Assembly: GCF_024521635.1 (NCBI RefSeq)
Contig: NW_026250425.1
Coordinates: 186,001-250,000, forward strand
Source: Tricharina praecox
Taxonomy: Eukaryota
Length of the DNA: 64,000 nucleotides
Reading direction: 5' to 3'
Part shown: piece by piece, positions 47,678 through 59,900 of the stretch
Layout: each line of letters begins with the position of its first letter
How positions within the stretch are numbered: position 1 is the first letter of the stretch
Program-made: the position numbers and the translations under genes
Notes under the pieces: generated by a model
What the model saw: the letters and a program-made list of their open reading frames with translations, nothing else
The model's database searches: none
What the model was told of the DNA's origin: nothing

Positions 47678-48790
47678 ATGCCAGAATACTACTGCATTAC
47701 TCGGTCGTCCCTGTCGCCCGCACCACGCAGCGGCTCGGCCATGGGCCGTCCGGCGCCGCCGATCGGCCCTCCTCCCCCTCGTCGCGCTGCACCGCCTCCA
47801 CGGGCGATCCGCTGTGACGAGTCGGCTAGCGACGATCGGGACCTGAGAATTCCTCCTCAGTACAAGACGGCCTGTGCTGTGGGATTGGCCCTACAGGCGC
47901 TGCTGGACATGCTGGCGCTCCTGGTCGTGTGCTACACCGGAGGCGCTTTCTTGTGAGGCCCACCCCGCCTCGTACATACATGCCGGATCACTCACTGATA
48001 TCTACCGTCCAGCACGATTCCGGTGGCTGGCTTCTGTATGGCCCTCGATGGAGCCCTTCTGGTTTGGACGATTAAAGCTAGTCCTCTCCCGATCGATGTG
48101 CTCATGAAAAATGCACTCTCTGGCGTCGCGTGGTTCATGCTTTGCGTCATCAACGGCGTCATCATCAGCGATACAAAAAACCCGTATTCCTTCATCACCT
48201 GCACCTTTATTATGTACGTTACCCCCGTTAGGCTGAAGAAGGCCCTATCACAACTACAGCCGCATCCCTCTTCTCCGTTTCGGTCCCGCTAACATGCGTG
48301 CAGGATATACAACCTCTGCTTCTGGCTGTGGACACTCTGGTGGGGCCTGAACGACCGCGGACCGCGCACCATGTTCCCACGGAAGAGTGAGAAGCGCTGC
48401 TCCGCCTGCCGTGCGGGCGGCCCCGTCGACAAGCATTCCGGCCCATGTTGCCATTCGAAGGACTGCGAGAGCGGCTTCCCCATGCGGCCGATCGCCCTCC
48501 CTCCGCGTGCGCAGCTGTCGGTGCTGCATAGCACCAGCACGAACAACCTCCACGATGGCCCACTCGATAGGAGTCCCGCGGATGAGCCGAGCAAGGGCTA
48601 CGAAGATGATGCCCTCAATAAGCCAATCGCCAGCTACGACGGGCTTGCCAACCACCCCCCCGGCCATGACGGCTACGTTTCGAGGCCGGACGGTTACACC
48701 CCTAGACCCGATAGCTACGTGTCCAGGCTTAGTATGGGTACGAGCTTTGCGAGTACGGGAGAGACCGAGCGCGTCTTGCATCCTGCTTAA
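47678..48790 (+). CDS. Hypothetical four-TM membrane protein, 3 exons
   Basis: Introns at about 47953-48012 (GTGAGG..CTGAT..CAG) and 48214-48303 (GTACGT..CTAAC..CAG) join three ORF pieces in frame. Four hydrophobic segments, then a Cys-containing tail (CSAC..HSGPCCH). Confidence 0.7.
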
Positions 48791-51700
48791 GTGGTCATGG
48801 AGAGAGGGCTGCCGGCTGTGAGGGGGAAAGCTTGATTGAACCGGTGGTTGCGGTCCTAGTCGATGAATAATGTGTGCGGAGAGCCCGGTACGGTATCCTT
48901 ACTTTTTTCTCGCTGCCGTGCGTGGGAGGTTCACGGTACGGTATGAGGTGCTTGTTCTTTTTTTCTTCTTTTTTTTCCGTACTCGCGGGGGTTGTGTGGT
49001 TTTCTGTTTCGCATTCAAGCCTGTCATTTTATATAAGCACGTTTCAGAAGCTTTGTTTGAAATTGAACATGTCGGGAGGTTTCAACTTTCCGCTTCTCTG
49101 CAGCTTTCTTGCGAGTCGATTGTGTTGACTGGAGGCTGGAACTTGGGGGTTGCGGAAACTGTTGGGTGACAGGGCTGCAGACTCCGCGTGTTGCTTGTCG
49201 ATAGCGACGTCTTTGGTGGTGTTCACTGTTTCCTCTAGGTGTAACACCGCCGTGTGGCCTGTAGTCCGAAAGACGGGGAGTGACGGTGAATGACTCGGAT
49301 GCAGCATCAGGAGATGGGGATGTGGATACGGTGATGGCGGATGGTGAACGGAGATGAGAAGTGGGAGAAGTGGGAGCGGCAATAGGACTTAATAATGGGA
49401 TGTAAATGCTCAAACGCTGAAACTCTGAAACGCTGATATAGAGAGAGAGAGAGAACATCAATTCATTGTCGCATGCAGCCTTACTAGACCATGGCGACCA
49501 CCAACTTCCCAACCTTTGCTGCCAGCTCCGCGGGGTCGAGAGAAAGCTCTACATACCACCACGGCCCGATGCTGCGCCGCTGCCTACCAACCAATTTTTA
49601 CATAGGAAAATCACACTCATTATCCACACACTCGTTATGCGCACCCTCCGCACACGCAGTACCCCGCCGGGCGAAACGCTGATATACCTACACCGTTTCT
49701 TGGAATTCTTGGAACTACGCGAGTGATGGGGTGTGATGAGATGTGGTCACCTGCTAGCCAGGGCGGATTCCAAGCTCACTTGCGGTTGGTTATTCGGGTG
49801 GATATTCACCCTGGAAGACGAGGGAAGCCCCAATCTGCATCAGCTCACGCATTCATTCACAGACCGACATGCCATATTCGACACCCACAAGTGCCCAACC
49901 ATCATCCGTACCGGTACTACGGTGTCGATTCCGCCTAAGCCAGCACATTCGCCCGACTGGCACACAGTCTCCTTCCGTTCTTCTTTTAGCTCTCGGTCAT
50001 AATTATGGTACAGTACTTGGAAGCTCTACTACAACTACCACCTAGATGATCCACCAAAAATGAGGACAGGTCAAGATCCTCAGCCACAGTAGCCCCATCA
50101 GTCACCCCCGTAGCCTGGTGATCTTTGCTAACGACATAGGTAGGTAGTAGGTAGTCGTGCCCTTTCGCGGCATTTAAACCCGGCTATTGTGTCGCACTGC
50201 TGTACTGGTGGGTTTCCCGTGTTATGGACAGAGCTACAGGATCTACAGGATCTACAAGAGCGAGTGATGGTAGTGATGATGGTTGTGGGTACAGCACGTG
50301 ACTAGGTATCTAGTTTACCCAAGTACCGGAGTAAGTACCGGAGTAAGTACCGGAGTACGCACCAACTAAGTACCTATCGAGTCAGGTACTCTTTCTGTAG
50401 CCTGAAGGTCCCAAGGTCGGATGGGAAGAAACCCGTGTATCATACGCCGCTAGAATCTTCAATCTCACGGGTTAAATGTGTATATGGTTGAATACCAGGC
50501 ACCTACCTACCGTAGCCAAGTATCTAAGTGGAGAAGGAAGAAGTAGAGTACTTACCTACATACCTCCAGCAGAAAGGCGTGTTGAGAGTACATACGGCCT
50601 AGTTCGTTTATTCAACCATCGAAAATTTAGTAACTACGATTTTCGCCACCGCCGCCGAGTGACAGTCGAGTGAATCTCACCACTTTTCCACCGACCATGT
50701 CATACCGGCGCGCAGTCATCTCTACGGCTGTACCGGTACACCGCGGCCGATACCTACCGGTTGACACCGGTAGTGTGTAGTCCGTATATGTACCAACCAA
50801 GCAGCCATAGATGCCCATGCTCATGCTCACTCTGGTGAGTCGAGAGATTCAGCCTTTATAATTCCGTGATACTAGCTAACTATCGTTCTTACCTACCTAC
50901 TCTGTCGTAGTCGAGATTCTAGTCGAGAGCGATTCGAGATCCGATCCGAGTGCGATTTGATGCGGTGACAACTAGTGTGTACTACCATAACTCTGCACAC
51001 CTCCACTCAACGTTGGGCGCCAGCGCGCGCGACAAGCGAAACCGACCCGCTCCCCTCCGGCTCCAGTTCCAGCCTCCGGTGCCATAAATTGCCATAAATA
51101 CCCAGCTGACCCCCCTCCCGAGTCCCCCCCTCCCCACCGTCTCCTACTACCTATTCTACGAGCATTCCTCCGTCGCGCCTTTCCCGAATTCTCGCCCACT
51201 TATCGGTCGGGTCGTCTCGTCAGCTCGGCTGCAGTGCGGTGCGGTCACTGCGGTGTGGTGGCAGTCATCCAGCGTCCAGTGCCCAGGCCGGTGCCCAGGC
51301 CGGTGCCCAGGATGATTGGTTGATTGGTGGGGTTACGCAAGTGCACTGATCGACTGACTGACCGATGCCTGTTTTCTGTTGAGCCCCGGCATACATACGA
51401 GCTCAAACCTCGCGACCGCTTCCACTGGTAGATAACTCGCAACTCCTGCACTGCGCGCGCGCGACGGACTTTTCTGTGTTGCTTCTCGAAGGGAATATCG
51501 TCTTCTTTTCTGCTGTTCTTGCAGTCTATTGTTTATTCCGTGCGGCGAAGCTTCGACTTCTCGAAGCTTGAAGACCGGTCGCTGCGCGGAGGATCGGAAT
51601 AAACACCTTCTAGAGACTGGATGTGAGGCGCAGCGACGCAGTGTGGCCTGGGCTACTATAAGTACACAGGGGTACCCGCCAACTGGTTAAATCATGAATG

Positions 51701-52880
51701 ACGGCGCAGTTCGATCGGGGCCTTCCTCCTTCATGGTGCAAGGAGGAACAGGAAGAAGCAGAAGTGGAGGTGGAGGAGTAAGGTGTGGTGACACGTCGTG
51801 CCAATAGCTAATCACGACCGACGACGGAGCACATCCATCTATCCATCCATCCATCCAGATCACACCTCGGTCAAGTGGCAACTTGTAAGCCCCGCACTGC
51901 GTGAAGAAGATGACATGGCGCCTGGATGGGTGTTGGAACTGGAAAGTTCAGCCTCCGGAGAACGCGACTAGGCATATGTATGTGGGTACATGGGGAGCCA
52001 CACCGGTGATACATATCCGTCGAGGAGGGAGGGGTGCAACCATCAACACATATTGGTGCGCGGCATTGCACCGGTAGAGTATCTGCAGCCAGTGCGCGAA
52101 TTTCTGTGGCTGGCTGGCTGGCTTCCCCTGCTGTGTAGTGTATAGAGTACAACACCATATGATATACCTAGGTCCGAAGATCCCGGAATCGATGCCCCGC
52201 GGCGCGCCCGGCTGCGACAGGAATTGGCTCGGCGCTGGCGTTGAGCGGAAACTGCGAGTGTATCAGCACAACGAGAGTACCAAGTGCTCTGGAACCCACT
52301 GGCGACGGCGGACAAGGTCGGCGACGGCGGACAAGGTCGGCGCAATCGCATGGTTTTGTCGCGCATACTATAAACTGCTAGCGTAGCCACCCTTGCATCC
52401 TCAGTCGGCCAATTACCTGCTTCCTCACCACACCCTCTTCACCATCGGTTAATCGTCGCGAAGCATCGTTGAATAAACCCATAAACCTATGCCCCCCAAG
52501 CACCTTCTCCTGTTTTCTCTCGCCACCCTCCAACACAACATGGCTCCCGATCTGTCCTGCTAGATGCTCTTTGCTACCTCTTCTCCCTACTAATCTCCTA
52601 CTGAAAAACAATAAACCCACGACACCCTTTGGAATACTCGTACACGAAAAAATACATCAACACACTCTTCGGTTTGCGCACTCGGATCCCATACCACTCG
52701 GCCAGACGAGCTTGGCTATTCACTCCTCTCACTCGCCCTCAGGTCCGTCAGTCAGAGATACCATGGCCCCCCTCGTTCGGACTAACCCCCTACGGCAGCA
52801 CAATTACTCCTCTCCCCTCACTCGCCTCCACCCGTCCTCAAAACGACAACCAACAAACACCAACAAACAACCCACCCAGC

Positions 52881-53375
52881 ATGTCGGTGGATAGCGGCAA
52901 CTCGTCGCCCTACAGCGAGATCGCTACCGAGCCTCTGCCCGAAAACGAGCAGTTGCAGATCCACGACTACATGAACCGACGGTCCATCTTCCTTAGCGAC
53001 TTTGAGCGCTACAATCCGGTGCAGAACATGCAGATGCTCGCGCACCACGTGTTTGAGCTCTCGGAAGGCGTCGGGCGCATGAAGAACGACCTGACCGAGT
53101 CGCGCCGGATGGTGGGCTTCGTCTCCGACAACCAGCGCCAGCACGACACGTCCATCAGGCACGTCGGCTCCGATCTCAACGTCGTCCATCACAAGGTCGA
53201 TACCGTCGGCAACGCCCTCGGTGAAACCCGGGCAGAGCTCAAGAACGATATAGGCGGCCTGCGTGAAGACATCAACAGCCTCAGGTCCGAGATGCACAGC
53301 ATCCGTCAAGAAACTCAGCAGGGCATCATGGACCTGAAGCAGTTGCTCATGAGTTTGGCTCCTTTGAGGGCATAG
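52881..53375 (+). CDS. Hypothetical 164-aa coiled-coil protein
   Basis: ATG 52881, C/G-ending codon bias and heptad-rich C-terminal half (ETRAELKNDIGGLREDINSLRSEMHSIRQE). Putative 5'-UTR intron at 52743-52798. Confidence 0.7.
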   Translation: MSVDSGNSSPYSEIATEPLPENEQLQIHDYMNRRSIFLSDFERYNPVQNMQMLAHHVFELSEGVGRMKNDLTESRRMVGFVSDNQRQHDTSIRHVGSDLNVVHHKVDTVGNALGETRAELKNDIGGLREDINSLRSEMHSIRQETQQGIMDLKQLLMSLAPLRA

Positions 53376-53588
53376 GTCAGTGGCTGTCACATCGTGCGGA
53401 AACAATCATCGTTCGTGAAGTTGATCACATATCTTCGTTCGCAGCATTGGATCGGCGTTATTTTTATTTTTTGCAGCATTTGACACGGTTCCCCTTTCTT
53501 TCGGTGTTTTTGGATTTCGGGGAATTCGATTCGGCAACGCAATCATCCGCTATTATGCACACTTACTCTGATGGGGATTTTACACTAT

Positions 53589-53639
53589 ACCATCATCACC
53601 ATCATCATCACCATCATCATCACCATCATCATCATCATC
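53589..53639. repeat. (CACCATCATCAT)n microsatellite downstream of the coiled-coil gene
   Basis: Seen directly. Confidence 0.9.
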
Positions 53640-56600
53640 GACTCGGCGTCTGGGAGTTTGTCCGATACGATTGTGTCTGCTTCGGTCTCTAGTAGCGCAG
53701 CACATTGCGGTACAAGTTTTATATCCAACTCCTTCATATCGAGTTCTCCTCCTACTCGTCTTCATGTGCATACTGTTCCGGACTCGTCTGCCGCCGGGTT
53801 TGTTTGTCCGTCTTGTCTTTCCGTTTTTCTCTTGTATTTCTATCACTACCTCTCGTTTTGCTTTCTTGTTTTGTTTTGTTGGTGTTTCTGGGCGTTTATC
53901 CTTTTCTGTTTTATTTCATTTTCTTCTTCTTCTTTCCCTCAAGTGACCCTCACCCGCAGCGGACAACACGACCAAATATATACAGGGAGGACAGACAGAC
54001 AGAAAGAAAGAAAGAAAGAGTCGAGACAGAAAGAGGCACATGCTTCTTCATCCGTCCCACGCACACACACGACGACCAGAACAAGCGATAGGTTGTATGC
54101 ATTTTTTCTTCGTTGGATTCCTTACGGTCGTCAGGTCGGGTCGGGTCGGGGCGGGGCGGGGCGGGGCGGGTCAGGTTGAATTCGAATACCTTACAATATT
54201 TGCATCGTGTGTCGTCGAGTGAGATGAAATGGGCTGACCTTTTAGAGCTACATACTACGCTGCGATGGTGTGGCTGTTCGTATCACTCGTTCCTCTGGCC
54301 GGCCGGTCGATCGATCGATCTTGATGGGCTTGATCTTGATCTTGCGCCGGCCGTTCGTTCGCTCGTTCGGGCGTCTGTTCGTCTGTTCAGCCGGTTGATC
54401 GAGCGCTCCGTGCTCTGCACGGCACAATCGTTCGGCCGTAGCTTTCGCTCGCTCGCTCGCTCGTTCGTTCAGTCGGTCGGTCAGTCGTGCGGCAATGTCT
54501 GTCAGCGACCAACCGTCTGTGCCCTTTGTCCGGCGGCTCGATGGTTCGGTGGTTCGGTTCGGTGCGGCGTATGTAGGATCATATCAAGTGACCCGCGCGA
54601 CACCGAGCCCGACACCGAGCCCGAGATCGAGCCCGAGACCGGAGTTGTCTACATAGGTGCTGTGCGGTGCTGTGATCACCGTCTATAGATAGCTATAGTC
54701 GCTTTTTCGTACATATATATAAGAGCCTGAGCGTGATCACCTCCCTCCCCCTTCCATCCTCCCTGCTCCGCCCCGCCCCGCCCCGGCATCCATGCTCTGG
54801 CCGTCACTAGTCCAGTCGCTAACATGCTCGTGCCGGAACACATTTATGATATAAACCCGACCGACTGATCGCTCAGTGGTAGATGGTAGATAGATGGCAG
54901 ATGGTATACGTATCCTTCGCTCGTAGCTCCCCGTTGATGCCATAGCTGGCTGAGGTCACTAACTAAACTATACTGCTGACGACCTTCCTTTCTTCATAAT
55001 TTTGGATTTCTCGGGGAGAGGACTGCTGGCGAGTGAGAAGTTGTGCTAACCGCAGATCTACGGTTGTTCCTGGGATGTACGGGCCGACGGGTGGATGGTG
55101 GATGGTGGATGGTGGATGGTGGATGAGTTTGAGTCTGTGGGTGTAGTGGTGGCTGATGGAAGGCAGACGGTGGCTGATGGAGGGCAGACAGTGGCTGGTG
55201 GAGGGCAGACAGTGGACAGTGGACAGTGGCCACGGGGAGGGCAAGCGAGTGATGACATTTCCAATCCAGTCCAGTCCAGTCCAGCAGTGCGCGCGATCGT
55301 GGGCGGGCAGGAGCAGGGTCGTGGGCGGGCGGGCGGGTTGTGGCAGGCCTCATCGAGGACTCTCACTGTGCGCATCCCGCGACTTAGCTGGAGACTTGGA
55401 CTGCTGCTTGTGCTGCTAGAGTACTCCTTCCCATCATATCACATCCGCCGCGGCCCGATACGAGCGGTAATACGGTGGGACGGAAGACGGTACATACATA
55501 CATGATACATACATACGGAATCATCACCGCCTCCGGAGCCCAATCGATACGCCTCTCGCCACGGTCCACGGACAGCTTTTGAAATTTCAGCCGCAAGTTC
55601 ATCATCGGTCCTTGGAGTGGTTAAGGGGGGTTGGAACTTAGGGTTGTCATCAGGTTCTGAAGGCTGAAGGCTGAGCGGAATGATGAATCGGAGGTTGTTG
55701 CCATTCGGAAACCCCGAGGCCGGCTGGTGCCGATTCGGCAGCGGTGGCTTTTTTCTTGCCATGCCTTGCATCTGAATGATCCCGGTGATCCCATCGATGT
55801 GCGCAATGGGTAATGGGCAATGGACATATCGCCAGGAACAGAATCCAGATGGGCAGCTTCCATGCAACGCATCATGATTTATGATTCATTGCACATGCCA
55901 TTGGACCGTGTCGGCGATGCGTGAGACATCGATTGATCATTGCACTTGATCAACGGATTGCGTACCCGCAATTGGTCACTGGACTGGCGTGAGCGCTCCT
56001 GGGTGGATTGCGGACGCCTTTCTACCTAGTTACCTAGTACCAGTACTATACTCCTGGACTATAGGCTCCTGGATAACCGTACGGCTGCAAATTGGTGGAT
56101 GACGTGCATTGCGTACGGCTGCTTCTGCTTATCGCGGCGGCACTACATCGAGCAAAGCTACATAGCATACAGAATGTCCGCTGTGAAGCTAAAAAGTTAC
56201 GCGATACCCTCACCAGCCATATGTAGCAATCCTGCAGAAAAAACAGTGCATCTTACACGCCGACGGTCCGACGCAACGAAGACAAGGGAACATGACAGAA
56301 AGTGGGGTATATAGAAAAAGAATGCGCGCCGAAATATTGTATGTAGTATTATTATTGAAATAATTTTACAAACTGAGGATCTGCTTGCGTTCATTGTTGT
56401 GGAATAGCCAATTTGTCTCCAGGCCAGATGAGTGGTGTTTGCACTTGAGTCATAAAGTTATTGATTCGCTAGTTATGGGCGCACCTAGTGACTTGTCATT
56501 AATGGATTGACTCATCACTAAAATGAATTGACTCGTCAATAAAATGGATTGGCCCGCCACTAAGATGGATTGACCTGCCACTAAACACTGAAATACCAAC

Positions 56601-56985
56601 ACAAAACGTTACTTCCCGAATCTCAACAGATGTATAACAGAACCCACGAAAAAATCGTTATGAAATCTTGGAAAGCAGCACCGTTACGAGCTTCAGTGCT
56701 CCAATAAAATGGAAAAGCATTCTCTTTCTCTCTGTCGAGACTCGAACTCTCGTTGCCCAGTCGACTGCACCCCTGGCAGAGGTAGAGTAGAATAGAGTAC
56801 ATAGTTACTGCTCCAGATCGAAATCGAACCAGCCCACTGCTTCTTTCAGTTTCCTCACTTCTCATGACACGAGTCACGAGTGATCCTTGATGTGATTATC
56901 TCTCTCTCTCGCCTTCTACCGTACTCGAGGTATCATCTGATACTATACACATAGGTGTGTAGGTAGGTATGTAAGTACTGAGCGT

Positions 56986-57210
56986 GAGAGTGAATGCGAC
57001 GTTGCAGGCCATTGATGAGTGAACGGAGGGTGAATGGAACGTTGCAGACCATTAATGGGTAAACGGGAGAGTGAATGAGACTTTGCAGGCACTCGTGCTG
57101 GGTGAGTGAATTTGAGAGTGAATGGGTCGTTGCAGACCATTGATGAGTGGGCGGGAGAGTGAATGGGACGTTGCAGACCATTGGTGAGTGAACGGGAGAG
57201 TGAATGGGCA
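56986..57210. repeat. About 41-bp minisatellite, about 5 diverged units
   Basis: Consensus GAGAGTGAATGGGACGTTGCAGACCATTGATGAGTGAACGG repeated. Confidence 0.85.
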
Positions 57211-57354
57211 GTACCTATGTCCGATCGTGGACACTGGAGTCTAGACAGGCTGGCCGCTGGTCCCGTCGCCTGGTCCCAACTCCCGTCGACTGGAGTCTGA
57301 GGCTGGTTCCTGGTTAGACTACTGGTTGCTGGTTACTGGTTACTGGTTACTGAT

Positions 57355-57530
57355 TACTGGTTACTTTGCTGGTTACTTGCTGGTACTTGCTGGTTACTTT
57401 GCTGGTTACTTTGCTGGTTACTTTGCTGGTTACTTTGCTGGTTACTTTGCTGGTTACTTTGCTGGTTACTTTGCTGGTTACTTTGCTGGTTACTTTGCTG
57501 GTTACTTTGCTGGTTACTTTGCTGGTTACT
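57355..57530. repeat. 12-bp tandem repeat (CTGGTTACTTTG)n, about 14 units
   Basis: Seen directly; near-perfect array. Confidence 0.95.
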
Positions 57531-58255
57531 GGTCACTGCATTCGCTCCTTTTCCTCCCTTTCCACGTTATTACACGGTGAAGAGTCACGAGTGATCCTAA
57601 TGTGATTATCTCCCTCTCTCTCTCTCTGTCTTTCCCTCTCTCGGCTTCCTACCGTGCTAAGCCTGGTATAGTAGTGTGCGCAAAGACTACTATGCTCGTG
57701 ACGATTTTTCTTGTTTCATCATTAGTTAATAATCAACTGCGTGCCATCATTATACGAGTGACGACATGTGAACGTAAGCTTTCCTTCGACGGACCTTTGC
57801 GAGTGAGATCTCCTGTTCCTATTCCTGTTCCTGTTCCATTCGTTACCTTGGATCGTGACCTCGGGTCGTGCACTGGGGTGTGTACTGGATTGTACTGGGA
57901 ATCATGAACTGACATTGCCGAGTTTTCGGTCTGGATGATGTTCAATCAACCGTCGAATTCCTCGCATGTACATACATTGTCCATCTCATTCTATCCATTA
58001 TGAACTGACGTTCTTGACATTGGCGAGTTCTCGGTCTAGACGATGTTCAATCAACCGTCGAATCCTCATTCTATCGGCCATCCATGGTAACTATTATACA
58101 TATCGCACTCTACTACCTAGTATCATACACGCCGTATATCTCTTGACATCCATCATCCAAGCCATCATCCAAGCCATCATCCCAGCAAACGAAGCAAACG
58201 GATCAGAACAGAAAGCACACTCCTCCCCACCCAACACCGTACCCCTATCCAACAC

Positions 58256-59900
58256 CTAATCCCTCCCCTTAACACTGATCTTAAACACCAGCGTCTGACT
58301 GAGCAGACTAAAGCCACTGGCATCCTTATACTGATCCCTTCCAAAGTTATAGTACCCATTCTGCGTGATAAAGTCATTATCACTGCTCGCAAAGAGGAAG
58401 TGCGCATTCTCTTCCCCGTATACGGGGACCGTAGCGAGGCCCTCCCACTTCTCATTTAGGAGGCCCTCGGCATCATTATCTGTGCCGCCGTTGATGAGTC
58501 CGAACTTCGCGAGCTCGCCAGAGAGGTTCATGTCGACGAAAGGACAGTACTCGGCGGCGACGATTTCGGAGCGCAGCACGCCCTCCGGCGCGAATGAGGA
58601 GTTGAAGTCGTCGTATTGCCCCACGAAGTTGGTGGCACTGGCGAGCGAGAATATGTCCACGTGTCGGTACAGCGACTGTGTGGAGTCCTGGCCGCGCCCG
58701 GCGTTGCCGTCGCGAGAGAGGATCAGGAAGCGGTCGTTGCCGAGGGCGTGGATCGCGCTGGAGGCGGCGACGCGAGGGTTGGTCTTCTTGGAGGGGTCGT
58801 TGTACTGCGGCAGGGGGACGGTCCATTCTCCCGCTAGAGTGGGGTTTTTGCCGGTTCGGTTGAGCGCGTACTTGAGGAGCGTGGTGTAGCGGTTGGTGGT
58901 CTTCTCGAGGCCGCCGTTGTTCACGCTGGCGGATTGCAGCAAGGTGTAGAGCGCGTTGTCTTTGCGGGAGTAGGTGAGGCCTTCGAAGCCCTGGTTGTTG
59001 GCACTGGGGAACCGAACCGTCAGCAGTGTCTCTTTTTCTATCCGAACCCAGAACTTACCGGCCAGAAGTGGGATCGATCGGATCCGGCTGCTGCTCCCTA
59101 TCAAAGATCGGGGGATTATCCGAGCTGAAGTTGACGACGCCCTTCCTCAGCGGCAGCAGAGCATTCGGTGGGGCGATGGCGACATCCATAGTCCCGTTCA
59201 ATGCGAAATGGTACAGGTAAGGTCCATACTCGTCCGAGATCCAGAATCCGCCCTCCTTCGAGGCGGTGTCGAGCGCCAATCCCTCCGGGTCCAGCGAGGC
59301 ACGGATTCCACCCGGTCCTTCACCGCCGAAGCCGTCGCCGGGGAAAGAGGCGGCCGGAAGCGCCGGGAAGCCCGGCAGCGAGAGCGTGGTGGTCGGGTCC
59401 AGCCCCGCGAACGGCGTGCCGGCCGCGTCCGTGAAGAGGATCGTGTCTTCGTATGTGTACACCAGGTTCTGCCCCGAGGGGTACTCGCTCGTCGGGGTGA
59501 AGGTGAGCGAGAACTTGTGGACCCGTGGTTGGTAGGCCGTTGTTCCCTCCGTGTTCCTGTGAATATTAGATAGGGTCCGACATGAGGGCCAGGAATTCCG
59601 GGAAACCTACCATCCACGATCGGGCAGTGCCCAGATAGTGGCCTTGTATGACTTCCCCTTGTTGACGGCCTTCCACCCAGTGATAGAGATGGCACTGCCC
59701 GTGCTCAAGGTGTCGCCGAACTTGTCGCGGAGGTCCGACGGCAGGGCACCGTAGCCGGCAAGGCCATGGTAGGCGAAGCTCTTGCCCGCACAGGTGGTCG
59801 TATTGACGGCGGCTTCGTCACGGGGGAGGGGATTTGCGGAGGTCAGGAGGAAGCCTTGAGCCAGCGTGAGGATGGAGACGATCAGGCGTGTGGTGACCAT
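58256..59900 (-). CDS. Secreted phytase-like (esterase-like activity of phytase) domain protein, 3 exons
   Basis: Signal peptide MVTTRLIVSILTLAQGFLLTSA; ALPDRGW|N, LDPEGL, FWISDEYGPY, NNQGFEGL, LNEKWEGL and SDNDF motifs; introns near 59609-59553 and 59058-59007. Confidence 0.9.

Noticed and set aside
52629..52880. 84-codon non-ATG N-terminal extension of the coiled-coil ORF
   Set aside because: It spans a likely 56-nt intron that would break the frame and has UTR-like composition.
56986..57530. Regular repeats that could suggest a CRISPR array
   Set aside because: Head-to-tail units without unique spacers, eukaryotic context and no cas genes.
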